This document shows, one piece after another, positions 46,945 to 56,096 of a stretch of 60,665 nt of DNA. The translations under genes and the position numbers were made by a program. The notes below the pieces were generated by a model. The model had not been told where the DNA came from. It saw only the letters and a program-made list of their open reading frames with translations, and made no database searches. The stretch is from a virus. Its lineage: Duplodnaviria; Caudoviricetes. Location: positions 1 to 60,665 of IMG/VR virus record IMGVR_UViG_3300042923_000927, one strand, 5' to 3'. Positions within the stretch are counted from its first letter, which is position 1; each line of letters opens with the position of its first letter.

Positions 46945-47110
46945 GGCGCGCTGGACTGGTGCAGTAATACATATATATCCTGTAAGGATATATGTAATTC
47001 GCACCACCGCACCAGACGCATCTAGCACCATCACCGGACAGGGATAGTTGAACTTCAGAAAATGGCAGAAGCCATTCAATGAGAGTTTGCACCACCCCTG
47101 CACCAGTTTG
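46945..47110. other. Second copy of the hairpin/TGGTGC element
   Basis: ATATATATCCTGTAAGGATATAT at 46971-46993 is identical to 3273-3295 and is flanked by CTGGTGC/GCACCAG. Confidence 0.7.
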
Positions 47111-47139
47111 TACCAATCTGTAACGGATTAGTTCACAGA

Positions 47140-48021
47140 TTAGGCTTTGTTAGCCGTCAGAACAGCGATACCTTCTGGACGAACCAGTTTACCGCCGTAC
47201 AGGTGAAGACCTTTTACCGCATCAGCGAAGCGGCGCTCAGGACGGAAACCTTCAACCTTCGAGATTTGCTCTGCGAAAGTGATGGCACCGGAGTAGCCAG
47301 CGATGATTTTGTACTTCGTTCCAGTAACATTCGGAACGTTGTTGGATTTGAACAGGTCAAAACCAGCAGCGCGGCCGATCTTACCGTTAGTACGTGTAGC
47401 ATCTTGGCCCGGAGTGTAGGCAATGAAGCGAGTATCCTTCAGCATGAGAGCCTCATACCATGCAGGAAGAACCGCCCAACGACCTTCTTCGGGTACGTTG
47501 GCTTCTGTCAGCTTAACGCCGAGGTCAACCAGGTACTCGTAAGCATCGGCTTTCGTAGGTACCACAGGAGTAGTGTCATCGCCGATGACGTTTGCAGCGG
47601 CAACGCCAGTGTGCAGGGAAGCAATGTAAGAATCAGCAGCATTTTTCAATGCATAAGCAGCCTCTTGCATAGCTTGCGCCATAACGAGAGGGTTTTGTTG
47701 AGCCTTGTCGATGTCATCGATTTGAAAGTTGAAGAATTTGGATTGGTTGATGACCAAGTTCTGTGTGCTGTCTTCCAGCGTTTCAGGAGCATCCATGTCC
47801 GTGTTCTTAACATAGTTACCAACAGTAACTGGGCTGATACCGTTGATTTTCACAGTATCACCGAACGCCGAAATGTCGCCTTCGTAGTTCTTGTTGATGA
47901 TGCCCATTTGGCCGTAAACCAACGATTTCTTCAGAGAAACCAGCAGCTCGTTTGCCCATACCGTTGGGATAAAGTTGTCAAGCGTGAACAATTGAAGATT
48001 CATTTTGAATTTTGTTTTCAT
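47140..48021 (-). CDS. Major capsid protein (P22 gp5-like)
   Basis: NFIPTVWA, YEGDI..FGDTVKI and FADAVKGLHLYG motifs; MNLQLF leader. Confidence 0.92.
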   Translation of the reverse strand: MKTKFKMNLQLFTLDNFIPTVWANELLVSLKKSLVYGQMGIINKNYEGDISAFGDTVKINGISPVTVGNYVKNTDMDAPETLEDSTQNLVINQSKFFNFQIDDIDKAQQNPLVMAQAMQEAAYALKNAADSYIASLHTGVAAANVIGDDTTPVVPTKADAYEYLVDLGVKLTEANVPEEGRWAVLPAWYEALMLKDTRFIAYTPGQDATRTNGKIGRAAGFDLFKSNNVPNVTGTKYKIIAGYSGAITFAEQISKVEGFRPERRFADAVKGLHLYGGKLVRPEGIAVLTANKA

Positions 48022-48043
48022 GTGAAATGTCACTCCTCGAGTT

Positions 48044-48772
48044 TTATTTTCCTTTGTTAAGGAAGGCCATGACTTCGTCTCTCCGCTTCTCGTACTCAGC
48101 AGGAGACATGTTGTTGATGACATCCATCGTCAGGAGCTGAGCACCGCCAGTTCCCGGTTGCTGGAAGTTTTGTCCTCCCGAACTTGATCCAGGAAGAGCC
48201 TTTAGTTCCGGAAGGTCAGTTAGCGTCTTTTCCAACGCTGCTTTTAATGCCGCCTTATCGACTATTCCGTCTTTTACCTCCACTGCATCGATGTTCGACA
48301 GTTTCATGAGGTAATCGACCCGTTCAGGCTTTACACCCAGCTCCACAGCAAGCAGTTTAGCCTCCGTGGTCCGAAGAGTGTTATTCAGTTGTAGGGATAA
48401 TGAGTCACGTTCTTTTTGCGAGTTCGCAGCCGCTTCCTGGGCTTTTTGCAGGTCGGTCTTGTTCTTTTCGAGGTTTTCATTGTGGCTGGAAATGATTGCC
48501 TTCAAATCATCCTCTTTTTCGAAACCAAGGCCCTTAATGAACTCGCCGAATTGTTTCTTACCCTCACGCTTCATGCGCTCCATGAACGATGCCTCGTCAG
48601 GAAACGTTGCAAATGGTGCTGCAGGCGGCGTAGGTTCCACAGGTGGAGCTGCAGGCGGTGTTGCAGGTGGATTCGGTGCTGCTGGTGGTGTACCCGGCGG
48701 AGTAGCGGGCGGTGTTGGTCCTCCGGCTGGTTCATTAAACAGTTGCAGATTGAACATGAAATACTTTCTCAT
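48044..48772 (-). CDS. Scaffolding protein
   Basis: FNLQLF leader, Pro-rich linker and coiled coil; directly upstream of the capsid gene. Confidence 0.85.
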   Translation of the reverse strand: MRKYFMFNLQLFNEPAGGPTPPATPPGTPPAAPNPPATPPAAPPVEPTPPAAPFATFPDEASFMERMKREGKKQFGEFIKGLGFEKEDDLKAIISSHNENLEKNKTDLQKAQEAAANSQKERDSLSLQLNNTLRTTEAKLLAVELGVKPERVDYLMKLSNIDAVEVKDGIVDKAALKAALEKTLTDLPELKALPGSSSGGQNFQQPGTGGAQLLTMDVINNMSPAEYEKRRDEVMAFLNKGK

Positions 48773-48804
48773 TGTATTACCTCCGTTTTTAAGTGGTCGT
48801 TCCA

Positions 48805-49038
48805 CTATTCCAGCGATTGCGGTTCGCCGTCGACCGTTGGGCTAGTCCCAAAATCAATCTGTATGTCAACATAGTCAGGATACTGTTCGGCCAAATTCTG
48901 TAATCCCAAAACCGCAGTTTGTAGGATGGCAGAAATAGAAGCACATACAATGTCCTGACCATGGGGAGCGTAATTGGCATGACCCACAGCTTTGATGACC
49001 AGGTTTCCCGGTTGAATCGTGGCAGTAATTTTGGTCAT
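48805..49038 (-). CDS. prp: Prp-family cysteine protease (DUF464)
   Basis: GHA...G.DIVCASIS and LAEQYPDYV motifs. Confidence 0.85.
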   Translation of the reverse strand: MTKITATIQPGNLVIKAVGHANYAPHGQDIVCASISAILQTAVLGLQNLAEQYPDYVDIQIDFGTSPTVDGEPQSLE

Positions 49039-49226
49039 TTGATCACATCCTTTAATTCTTCCTCAGCTTCCGTTACCAGTTGCTGATAGTTTTTGGGCAG
49101 TTCGTCAAAATACACCGCATCGGCGACTGCCCCAACAAACTTAAGTTTTTCGTTTGCGCTTAGGTTTCGAATCCGATTGCTGTCCATTAGACGGGCTACC
49201 TGTCGGCTTAGCAAGATTAGAATCAT
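49035..49226 (-). CDS. Small protein downstream of MuF (candidate immunity protein)
   Basis: GGAGGT RBS; overlaps the MuF 3' end. Confidence 0.5.
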   Translation of the reverse strand: MILILLSRQVARLMDSNRIRNLSANEKLKFVGAVADAVYFDELPKNYQQLVTEAEEELKDVIK

Positions 49227-51198
49227 CTGGTACCTCCACCTCATCCGTTTGTATCCGTAATGCGGTACGATTTAGAACGTTAAAGTAGTACTGAGTTTTC
49301 GCGAAAAGGGCATCGTACCCATTTACTACCGCCCATCGTCCTGGATCGGAAACTAGGAATGCTAGGTACTCATTTTCGAACTTCGTATCATCATTAGTGG
49401 CCGTTTGTGCAGCCAGTTTATACCTATCCCGATCGGCAGTAGCTCTTTCCAAAGCTTCTTCGTATGGGATAACCTTCGCATCGGACTTTAATGACATCCT
49501 CATAATACCCGTTGTGTCCTTTCCAGAGTACGTATAAGCCACATCGTAACCCTTTAAGGCGTTCATTTTCTTCCGGGTATCATCCAACACCTCTAAATCG
49601 TCTACAGCTGTATAGGTACCATTTCCCCAGATACCCCGACCAGCGAATAGATCACCGTCGGTGAAATCCCTCATGAGGTTTTTGTTATCAGCCACAATAA
49701 CGGGATTCTTTTTGGTTCCTGTTTTAATGGTAGCAATACCACGATACATTTCTCTCTCGCCACTTGCTATATGACCATCGAGATCGGCTTTGGAAACCTT
49801 TTCTGGTAGTCCATCGTATCCCTGACGTGCTAACAGCATTTTAAGGTGAGGATCTTCCATGTCTGTGGATCCAAACCCTTTTACGTATGGAGAGCTGATG
49901 TACGACATTCTGCGGTCGAGTGGGAGCTTCATCCAGTCTGCCTCGCTGATACCCGAAATAGGAACCGTGAAAGGCTGATCATGAATGACTCGACTCATAT
50001 TCAAAGCTTCAGCAGACGTGGCGTTCGGTCGAGCGATTTGATGACCCGATGCCACAGGTACTTGAACCTCGATCTCCTTTGCCGCTGCCAGATCCCGTTT
50101 TCGACGTTGTAAAGCTTGAGTAACCCCTGCCTTACCTGCCTGAATACGTTCTCTTTCGGGCTTTCTGCGGAGGTCATAAGTATCGGTATGTTGCCTTAAC
50201 AGCCCCTGCCAATGTCGTATCTTCGCATTTGACTCTTTCTCCTGTTCAGGAGTTATAGCCACCTGCTTCCGGCGCTTCCATGCCCGAACTCTTCTTTCCA
50301 TATACCGCTGCTTCTGTCTTGCCTCATATCCGACCGGATCACCTTGAGGAGTACCGACCTTCGTCAGACCTTCGATGTAGGCATTGATCGTGTGACCACA
50401 GTTAGGATGGAACAGTCCAGCGGATCGAGCAGCCGATAAAGGAGGGTATTCAGGATCATTACCGGATATGGAAAGAATCTTTCTCTCCCATGGTCGGCAT
50501 AATGAACATTCCTGCGGGTGGTCGGATACTATGACCAGATCTCTTCTTTGCTGTACCATTCGATCGACATGACCTTGGATCGATGCCTGAGTTGTAGCCG
50601 ATCGTGTGGCCATTTCAGCATAAGATGCGAGATCCCAGTTTCTTCCGGCCTTATCCACAAAAGTAGAAATGCCTGCATCGGCGAATCGGTTTAAAGCAGC
50701 TTGGGTGGCCTGTTTCCGAGTTTCAACTCCGACGAGAACAGACCCTGCCGCTTCAGTTATGATCGATCTATAAGCATCCGAGGCTCTTCTGACTATCTGC
50801 ATATGGGATGTCTCCAGAATATCCATGGATCTACCGACCAATGCTTCTACCGCCAGCTGATTAATAACCCCGAATGATGATGCCGCATCTCCGGTAAGTA
50901 ATACTCCGGCTTTTGCAAGGTCATCGGTTGCCGAGAGAGCTCCTTCCTGATATGCCACATTAACAGCTTCAGTTATGGTTTCTCGTGCTTCCTTATCCAG
51001 ATCGTCTTTGATGCCGTACATTTCATTAATGACCCTGTTTAGTTCTGCTGCTTTCCTCTGCTGCCATGAGTTACCAGGAACATCGATTCCATCGGATAAT
51101 CTGGTTGCTATTTTACTAAGAATCTTGGCTTCGGCATCCTCATAAAGGAGTTTGACAGCTTCTGAAAGGGCATTCATTGCATCAGGTGAGATCGCCAT
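49141..51198 (-). CDS. MuF/minor capsid protein with C-terminal ADP-ribosyltransferase-like extension
   Basis: GRNW.L.SYAEM, C..CRPW, HPNCGH and QKQRYMER (MuF); YRG...GRGIWGNGTY...AY.Y (ART-like). Confidence 0.8.
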   Translation of the reverse strand: MAISPDAMNALSEAVKLLYEDAEAKILSKIATRLSDGIDVPGNSWQQRKAAELNRVINEMYGIKDDLDKEARETITEAVNVAYQEGALSATDDLAKAGVLLTGDAASSFGVINQLAVEALVGRSMDILETSHMQIVRRASDAYRSIITEAAGSVLVGVETRKQATQAALNRFADAGISTFVDKAGRNWDLASYAEMATRSATTQASIQGHVDRMVQQRRDLVIVSDHPQECSLCRPWERKILSISGNDPEYPPLSAARSAGLFHPNCGHTINAYIEGLTKVGTPQGDPVGYEARQKQRYMERRVRAWKRRKQVAITPEQEKESNAKIRHWQGLLRQHTDTYDLRRKPERERIQAGKAGVTQALQRRKRDLAAAKEIEVQVPVASGHQIARPNATSAEALNMSRVIHDQPFTVPISGISEADWMKLPLDRRMSYISSPYVKGFGSTDMEDPHLKMLLARQGYDGLPEKVSKADLDGHIASGEREMYRGIATIKTGTKKNPVIVADNKNLMRDFTDGDLFAGRGIWGNGTYTAVDDLEVLDDTRKKMNALKGYDVAYTYSGKDTTGIMRMSLKSDAKVIPYEEALERATADRDRYKLAAQTATNDDTKFENEYLAFLVSDPGRWAVVNGYDALFAKTQYYFNVLNRTALRIQTDEVEVPDDSNLAKPTGSPSNGQQSDSKPKRKRKT

Positions 51199-51200
51199 TA

Positions 51201-51383
51201 TTACACCAACTCGTATCGTTTGTCTACCTTAACCTGTAATTTCGCCAAGGATGTTGGCTGCCAGGCTTTTAAAGTAGTCTTGATGTCAGAGGCCGTAGGG
51301 TATCCGTCCCATTTGGTTGACTGGATAGCATTACCATTAGAATCCAGAACCTGCAGGTAGAATACCTCCTTCATTTCTTCCAT
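51201..51383 (-). CDS. Hypothetical protein
   Basis: GGGGTG RBS; within the operon. Confidence 0.55.
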   Translation of the reverse strand: MEEMKEVFYLQVLDSNGNAIQSTKWDGYPTASDIKTTLKAWQPTSLAKLQVKVDKRYELV

Positions 51384-51395
51384 ATCGATCACCCC

Positions 51396-53321
51396 CTAAG
51401 CTATTCCCCATTTATCCTTCAGGTAATTGTGAACGTGTTCGAGATTGGTGGATGTCAGCTTTCCGCTGTATACGATAATCTCACCTATCTCTCCCTCGAA
51501 TGGATGTGTTCCACCCATACGCATGCCTATCTTTAATCGAGCTATATCGGACAATGATGTGCTGTCATATGAGGAATGCGAGTCCATATTGGCCAATACA
51601 GCATCCTTATACAGGGTATTTGATCCTCCGCCTATAGCCACAGTAAAGATGGTTGGCTTATAAGTCTGAGCTGATATGTCTAATGTGGCTCCTGTCCCGC
51701 TCGGCGCAGTATTCCGTTGTGAGATAAGGATATTGGTAGAAGACTTATACAGCAGAACCCGTTGGAAAGAATTATCGGTTTCTGATGCTCCTGCCCATGC
51801 CTCAAACAGTGGTCGATATTTTCCATCACCATTCTGTTTAATGGCAGCCACAACGAATAAAGTAACCTGATTTGTAAGCGGTAATACGGCACTCAGATTC
51901 TGGAGGAACTGGTTTGACGTTCCATTGAATTGCATGAATGGATGAGCTACGCCATGCAGACCAGAAGCCAGTGCAGGTTGAGTAGGTGCATTAGCCTGCG
52001 AAAGGTGGTTCCCATTACCGCTCTGGTCCTCAATGGTTTGAATGTTAGATCCATTCATAGTCATTGGTGAGGTGGCAGGATCAATCCACAGTGCTAACCC
52101 TTCCAGATCGGTTGGATCTGTGAATACGAATTCGCCCGGTTCTGTATAAGGTGTACCTACAACCTCCATGACGTGAGTTGCTAACGTTTCTGTACCACGT
52201 TTAGCTAACCATTCCACCGACAGGGTTGCCCCTCCAGTATCGGTCACATTCATGATGCCATATTGGTTACCCAGTTCACCATTAAGGAAAGGTCCATAGG
52301 TATAGGGTCCACCTTTTGTACCTTCTATGCTGCTTAATGGGGCGGCTTGGAAGACCGGAATTGGAGCCCCGCCAGCATAGTCAGAGTTCGTACCATCATC
52401 AATTGCCATGCCATGCATGTCTCCGGACAGGATCATAACCCGACCTGCAAGATTCTTATCCTTGATGTACTCGGCGATCCTGGTTCTTTCATTCGTATAG
52501 CTGCCCCAGAAATCAGATCCCGGATTAGGAGCTCCGATCCATGGCATAGAGCTGACCCATATTTTCAGGGGTTCAGGTTGGATTAATTGATCGAAGAACC
52601 ACTGTAATTGGGTTTCGCCCATCATCGACTTATTAATGTCATCTGTTTGGCTCTTCGGGCTCCTAGCTGACCTTAAATCAGTTAGAATGAATCGTACCCG
52701 ACCACATACGAATGACTGATAAATCGGATGAGCTCCTTCTCCCTCGGGTAAAGTATAATGAGGAACCCGTTCGCGATAGACTAAGGTAGCTGCTTCTCTG
52801 GAAACTGCCGTACTATCAGAGTCATTGCCGCTATAATCGTGGTCATCCCAGATATAAGGCGTAGGGATTTGCCTGTAAAGCTCCTGTTGCTCAGTTACTG
52901 AGAAAACATTGTCGAATGATGTACGGTAGAGGTCAGGATCATTGACCACATGATTGTCATAATGCATGTCACCCATATGTAGAAAGAAAGCCGGGTTGAG
53001 GTCCAGAATATGGGTGAAAGGTTCCCGATTTGGGGTTATTCCTCCAGCACATGCCGAGAAGGCACATGTAAATGTGGATCCTCCAGTTGGAAACGTCTTA
53101 AAACTGCCCCGATTGACCGTTTGAAGGATGCCGCTGATTTCTACTCCATAGTAATATTGGGTATTAGCTGCAAGGCCTGTAACGGTCAATTTAGCTACTT
53201 TCTGGATGGTTTTTGTTATGGCAGAGTATACAGGAGAGGATAGGTCCTCCGACGTACTGACCACTAAACGTACCCGTGAAAAGTCCCTCGGGAACTTAAC
53301 ACTAACAACTGCCTTACTCAT
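51396..53321 (-). CDS. phoD: PhoD-family alkaline phosphatase/phosphodiesterase fused to a LamG/ConA-like domain
   Basis: HMGDMHY, WDDHDY, DLRSAR, W..Y..ER and LSGDMH; C-terminal LWID...EGEIGEIIVY...YLKDKWGI. Confidence 0.85.
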   Translation of the reverse strand: MSKAVVSVKFPRDFSRVRLVVSTSEDLSSPVYSAITKTIQKVAKLTVTGLAANTQYYYGVEISGILQTVNRGSFKTFPTGGSTFTCAFSACAGGITPNREPFTHILDLNPAFFLHMGDMHYDNHVVNDPDLYRTSFDNVFSVTEQQELYRQIPTPYIWDDHDYSGNDSDSTAVSREAATLVYRERVPHYTLPEGEGAHPIYQSFVCGRVRFILTDLRSARSPKSQTDDINKSMMGETQLQWFFDQLIQPEPLKIWVSSMPWIGAPNPGSDFWGSYTNERTRIAEYIKDKNLAGRVMILSGDMHGMAIDDGTNSDYAGGAPIPVFQAAPLSSIEGTKGGPYTYGPFLNGELGNQYGIMNVTDTGGATLSVEWLAKRGTETLATHVMEVVGTPYTEPGEFVFTDPTDLEGLALWIDPATSPMTMNGSNIQTIEDQSGNGNHLSQANAPTQPALASGLHGVAHPFMQFNGTSNQFLQNLSAVLPLTNQVTLFVVAAIKQNGDGKYRPLFEAWAGASETDNSFQRVLLYKSSTNILISQRNTAPSGTGATLDISAQTYKPTIFTVAIGGGSNTLYKDAVLANMDSHSSYDSTSLSDIARLKIGMRMGGTHPFEGEIGEIIVYSGKLTSTNLEHVHNYLKDKWGIA

Positions 53322-54237
53322 TCTCTACACCTCCTACCCATAAATATGCGACTTCATCCCCGGTTGGAGCAGATAAGGTGGTAACTTCCAATACCGTACC
53401 TGTCGTTTCGCCGATTGAATTCTTAGCCGTTACAGTGAGGGTATATGAGGTTGCAGGATCTAACCCTTCTACATCACATTCTGTGTCCGTAACGTTGCCT
53501 AGGAGGGCTCCATCGAGCTCCACATCGTAGCTGGTGGCATATTGAGCCGCATCCCAGACCAGAGTAAGACTTTCATCGGCGAGATTCGTGGTGGAAAGGC
53601 CTGTTACCTCATCAGGAATCACAGGTGCTGGCTCATCAGTGGTGGCTGTTACGCTGGTTCCAGTTGCTATGTTACCTGTGGCATCTTTCGCCTTGACGGT
53701 AAAGACGTAGGAAGTCGAATCGGTCAAGCCGGATACGGTATGAGTGAGCCCAGTTACAGTGGTAAGCAGTACTCCATCCTGCAGAACCTGATATGATTCC
53801 ACATCCGATGATACGGAAGCCGACCACGTTAATGTAACACTGGTTTCGGTGGCCGTATAGGCCAATCCGGTAACGTTAGCAGGAGCAGTGGTGTCAGGAG
53901 GGGGTGGTGTAGTACCATCAGACAGGTCTTTTTCGATGTTAATCTCGATGTACCCTTTATTAGGAAAGGTTTCTATGCTGCCATCCGAATAAGTTACCTT
54001 AAATTCCCCTAACATATGACCTACGTTGGTCAATTCCTCTCTCGTAAATGAGAAAAGGACTATTCCACCATTTTCATCGAGGATGGTAGCTGCCCTGTCT
54101 GCCACCTTCTCTCCTCTACTTTTATTGTAAAGGATAAAGTTGACTAGGCATCCTGCCAGAGGTATGGGAGTCCCAGCATTGTCCTTTAAAACTGCTCTTA
54201 TTGGTGTCTTGGTATCATATCGTTTGATGTTCAGCAC
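53314..54237 (-). CDS. BppU-N-like domain plus two FN3 domains
   Basis: IKRYDT...GEFKVTYSDGSIETFPNKGY; DTTAPANVTGL...LTW...YVFTVKAKD. Confidence 0.8.
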   Translation of the reverse strand: MLNIKRYDTKTPIRAVLKDNAGTPIPLAGCLVNFILYNKSRGEKVADRAATILDENGGIVLFSFTREELTNVGHMLGEFKVTYSDGSIETFPNKGYIEINIEKDLSDGTTPPPPDTTAPANVTGLAYTATETSVTLTWSASVSSDVESYQVLQDGVLLTTVTGLTHTVSGLTDSTSYVFTVKAKDATGNIATGTSVTATTDEPAPVIPDEVTGLSTTNLADESLTLVWDAAQYATSYDVELDGALLGNVTDTECDVEGLDPATSYTLTVTAKNSIGETTGTVLEVTTLSAPTGDEVAYLWVGGVENE

Positions 54238-54241
54238 CCTG

Positions 54242-54370
54242 CTAACCCTCCTTTCTCACCGTTTCGCATACTACAATGTTCTTTATTCCAGTAAGTGATA
54301 CAGTATTGCCTAATTTATCAATCACAACTACATTTTTAACATCTTTAATGTCTAGGTTGGTACGCATCAT
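54242..54370 (-). CDS. Small hypothetical protein (42 aa)
   Basis: Translated by hand, MMRTNLDIKDVKNVVVIDKLG...; GGGGG RBS; fills the operon gap. Confidence 0.5.
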   Translation of the reverse strand: MMRTNLDIKDVKNVVVIDKLGNTVSLTGIKNIVVCETVRKEG

Positions 54371-54377
54371 TTACCCC

Positions 54378-55913
54378 CTAGGTTATGATTTCTTCCGGAT
54401 TAGGCATCCCCATACCAGTTTGCTCAGTGATGAGTTTGACTTCCAGTTTTATTTGATCCTCAGTCCAATCAGGATGAAGCATGCGAACCTTCGTTTCAAT
54501 GGATGCAGCCGATGCACGGTTAATCATTTCGACCGCCGTAGCAAGCGATAAAGCGTCATTGGAGGCGCTGTCCTGGAACTCCACAGTAGGACGGTAGACC
54601 TCCGTTTCTCGGTTTCCTAAATGGGTCTTATCGATGAATAGCATCATTTCAAGAATGTCCCTGATGGCATTCTGCCAATAGGTTTCCTTCTTTCCCCTGG
54701 TCAACATTGATTTCCTTTCACGGATGTTCAATGCTGTACCGGATTCTGCTGATCCTTCGATATTTAAACCGAATGATTGTGGAGAGTACCCAGCAGTAGA
54801 GATGATGCGGTCAATAAGCTCCAAGGATGTGGTCTTATGCTCCTCGGTACGTATCTCGAACTGGCTTGGGGTGATACCCATTTCAGCAGCAGACAGTGGG
54901 TCAGCTTCTAAAGTGGTAAATACCTCCTGTTCGCCATCAAATACTCGCTTACCTGTAATCGGATCCTTCTTTAAGAAATGCTCAGGAACGATTATGCGCC
55001 CTTTACCGAGTCTTATATCCCTGATCCAGGAAGTCCACACTTCATCGAGAGCATCCATCATGCCTTCTGTTCCCACATAATCGGATTTACCGAACTCAGA
55101 ACCGCGGAATCGGTTGTTCGGCTTCATATTGGGAACGTATCGCGGCAGAATACCTGGTAAAAGCGTATTAACCACATCAGGGATATGCTTTGTTTCTGGG
55201 TGAGCTTGTAATGAAATGCGATAACCGAGCATATCCTCTTTACCTTTGTACAGTCCGTACAGAATTAATCCTGGTTCATGACGTTCCAGTAACCAGTAAA
55301 CATTATCCTTATCGTCTTCTGAGATAGCCTTAAAGAACGTTACAGCGGTAAGGATACCCCACTTAAATTCCGGTATGGCATTGTCGACTTGGTCCATGGA
55401 TACCATAGGATAGTCGGCTAATGACTTGTCCCACACAGGTTTAATGAAAACTCCGCCTAGTGCAGCACATGTTTCCCCACCTTCATGCAATTTGCTGTTG
55501 AAACCGGACTTTTCAATGATGTCATCCAGCCGGGATTGAGCCTTCTTGGCTTCATCTTTAGCCTTCTCCTCATGGGCCTCAGCAATCTTACTCTGAGGTG
55601 GTTCGGCGAACAGCAGGTTGGCAGAGGTTTGAGCGATATCCCCTGCTATGGGAATGTGCAACATGGTTTTACGTTCGTTGTACATTTCCTGAGCCCAGAA
55701 CATTGACCGTTGGGTGGTACCTCTAGGAGGCTTAGGTTGTCCTGTATTAAAGAACTGATGACCTAACCCTCCAGGAACAACCATATTGGAATAGACAGCT
55801 GCCAGCCGTTCAGGGCTTCCCGAGTACCATGCATCATGTTCCAAATAACCAGCATAGAGAGCTTTGAGGTTATCAGGGGGCAGTTTCATTTTTGGGTTAT
55901 CCGGTAGTGGCAC
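54378..55913 (-). CDS. Portal protein (SPP1/A118-like)
   Basis: ALGGVFIK, YVPN, G.SDY, LDEVWTSW.RDIRLGK and GYSPQSFG motifs. Confidence 0.9.
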   Translation of the reverse strand: MPLPDNPKMKLPPDNLKALYAGYLEHDAWYSGSPERLAAVYSNMVVPGGLGHQFFNTGQPKPPRGTTQRSMFWAQEMYNERKTMLHIPIAGDIAQTSANLLFAEPPQSKIAEAHEEKAKDEAKKAQSRLDDIIEKSGFNSKLHEGGETCAALGGVFIKPVWDKSLADYPMVSMDQVDNAIPEFKWGILTAVTFFKAISEDDKDNVYWLLERHEPGLILYGLYKGKEDMLGYRISLQAHPETKHIPDVVNTLLPGILPRYVPNMKPNNRFRGSEFGKSDYVGTEGMMDALDEVWTSWIRDIRLGKGRIIVPEHFLKKDPITGKRVFDGEQEVFTTLEADPLSAAEMGITPSQFEIRTEEHKTTSLELIDRIISTAGYSPQSFGLNIEGSAESGTALNIRERKSMLTRGKKETYWQNAIRDILEMMLFIDKTHLGNRETEVYRPTVEFQDSASNDALSLATAVEMINRASAASIETKVRMLHPDWTEDQIKLEVKLITEQTGMGMPNPEEIIT

Positions 55914-55916
55914 GTT

Positions 55917-56096
55917 TTATTCTCCTTCCACGAATCCATGCTTTTCACATAGTTCATCGTAACGATTGGCATAGTCACGTTTCACAGAATCAGGAATGCG
56001 GTCATCCCGAACCATGTCAGACACCAGTTCGCCTAGATCATTGATGAATGGCAGGCCTTTTATTTCGACTGTGACAGGAAAATTAATTTTGGACAT
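55917..56096 (-). CDS. Small hypothetical protein (59 aa)
   Basis: Translated by hand, MSKINFPVTVEIKGLPF...; AGGAGG RBS. Confidence 0.6.
   Translation of the reverse strand: MSKINFPVTVEIKGLPFINDLGELVSDMVRDDRIPDSVKRDYANRYDELCEKHGFVEGE

Noticed and set aside
46916-47116. N-terminal extension of ORF 46646..47116
   Set aside because: It runs through the hairpin element; the RBS supports a start at 46915
47203-48060. 285-aa plus-strand ORF
   Set aside because: Antisense shadow of the major capsid gene, explained by its codon bias; no RBS or recognisable motifs
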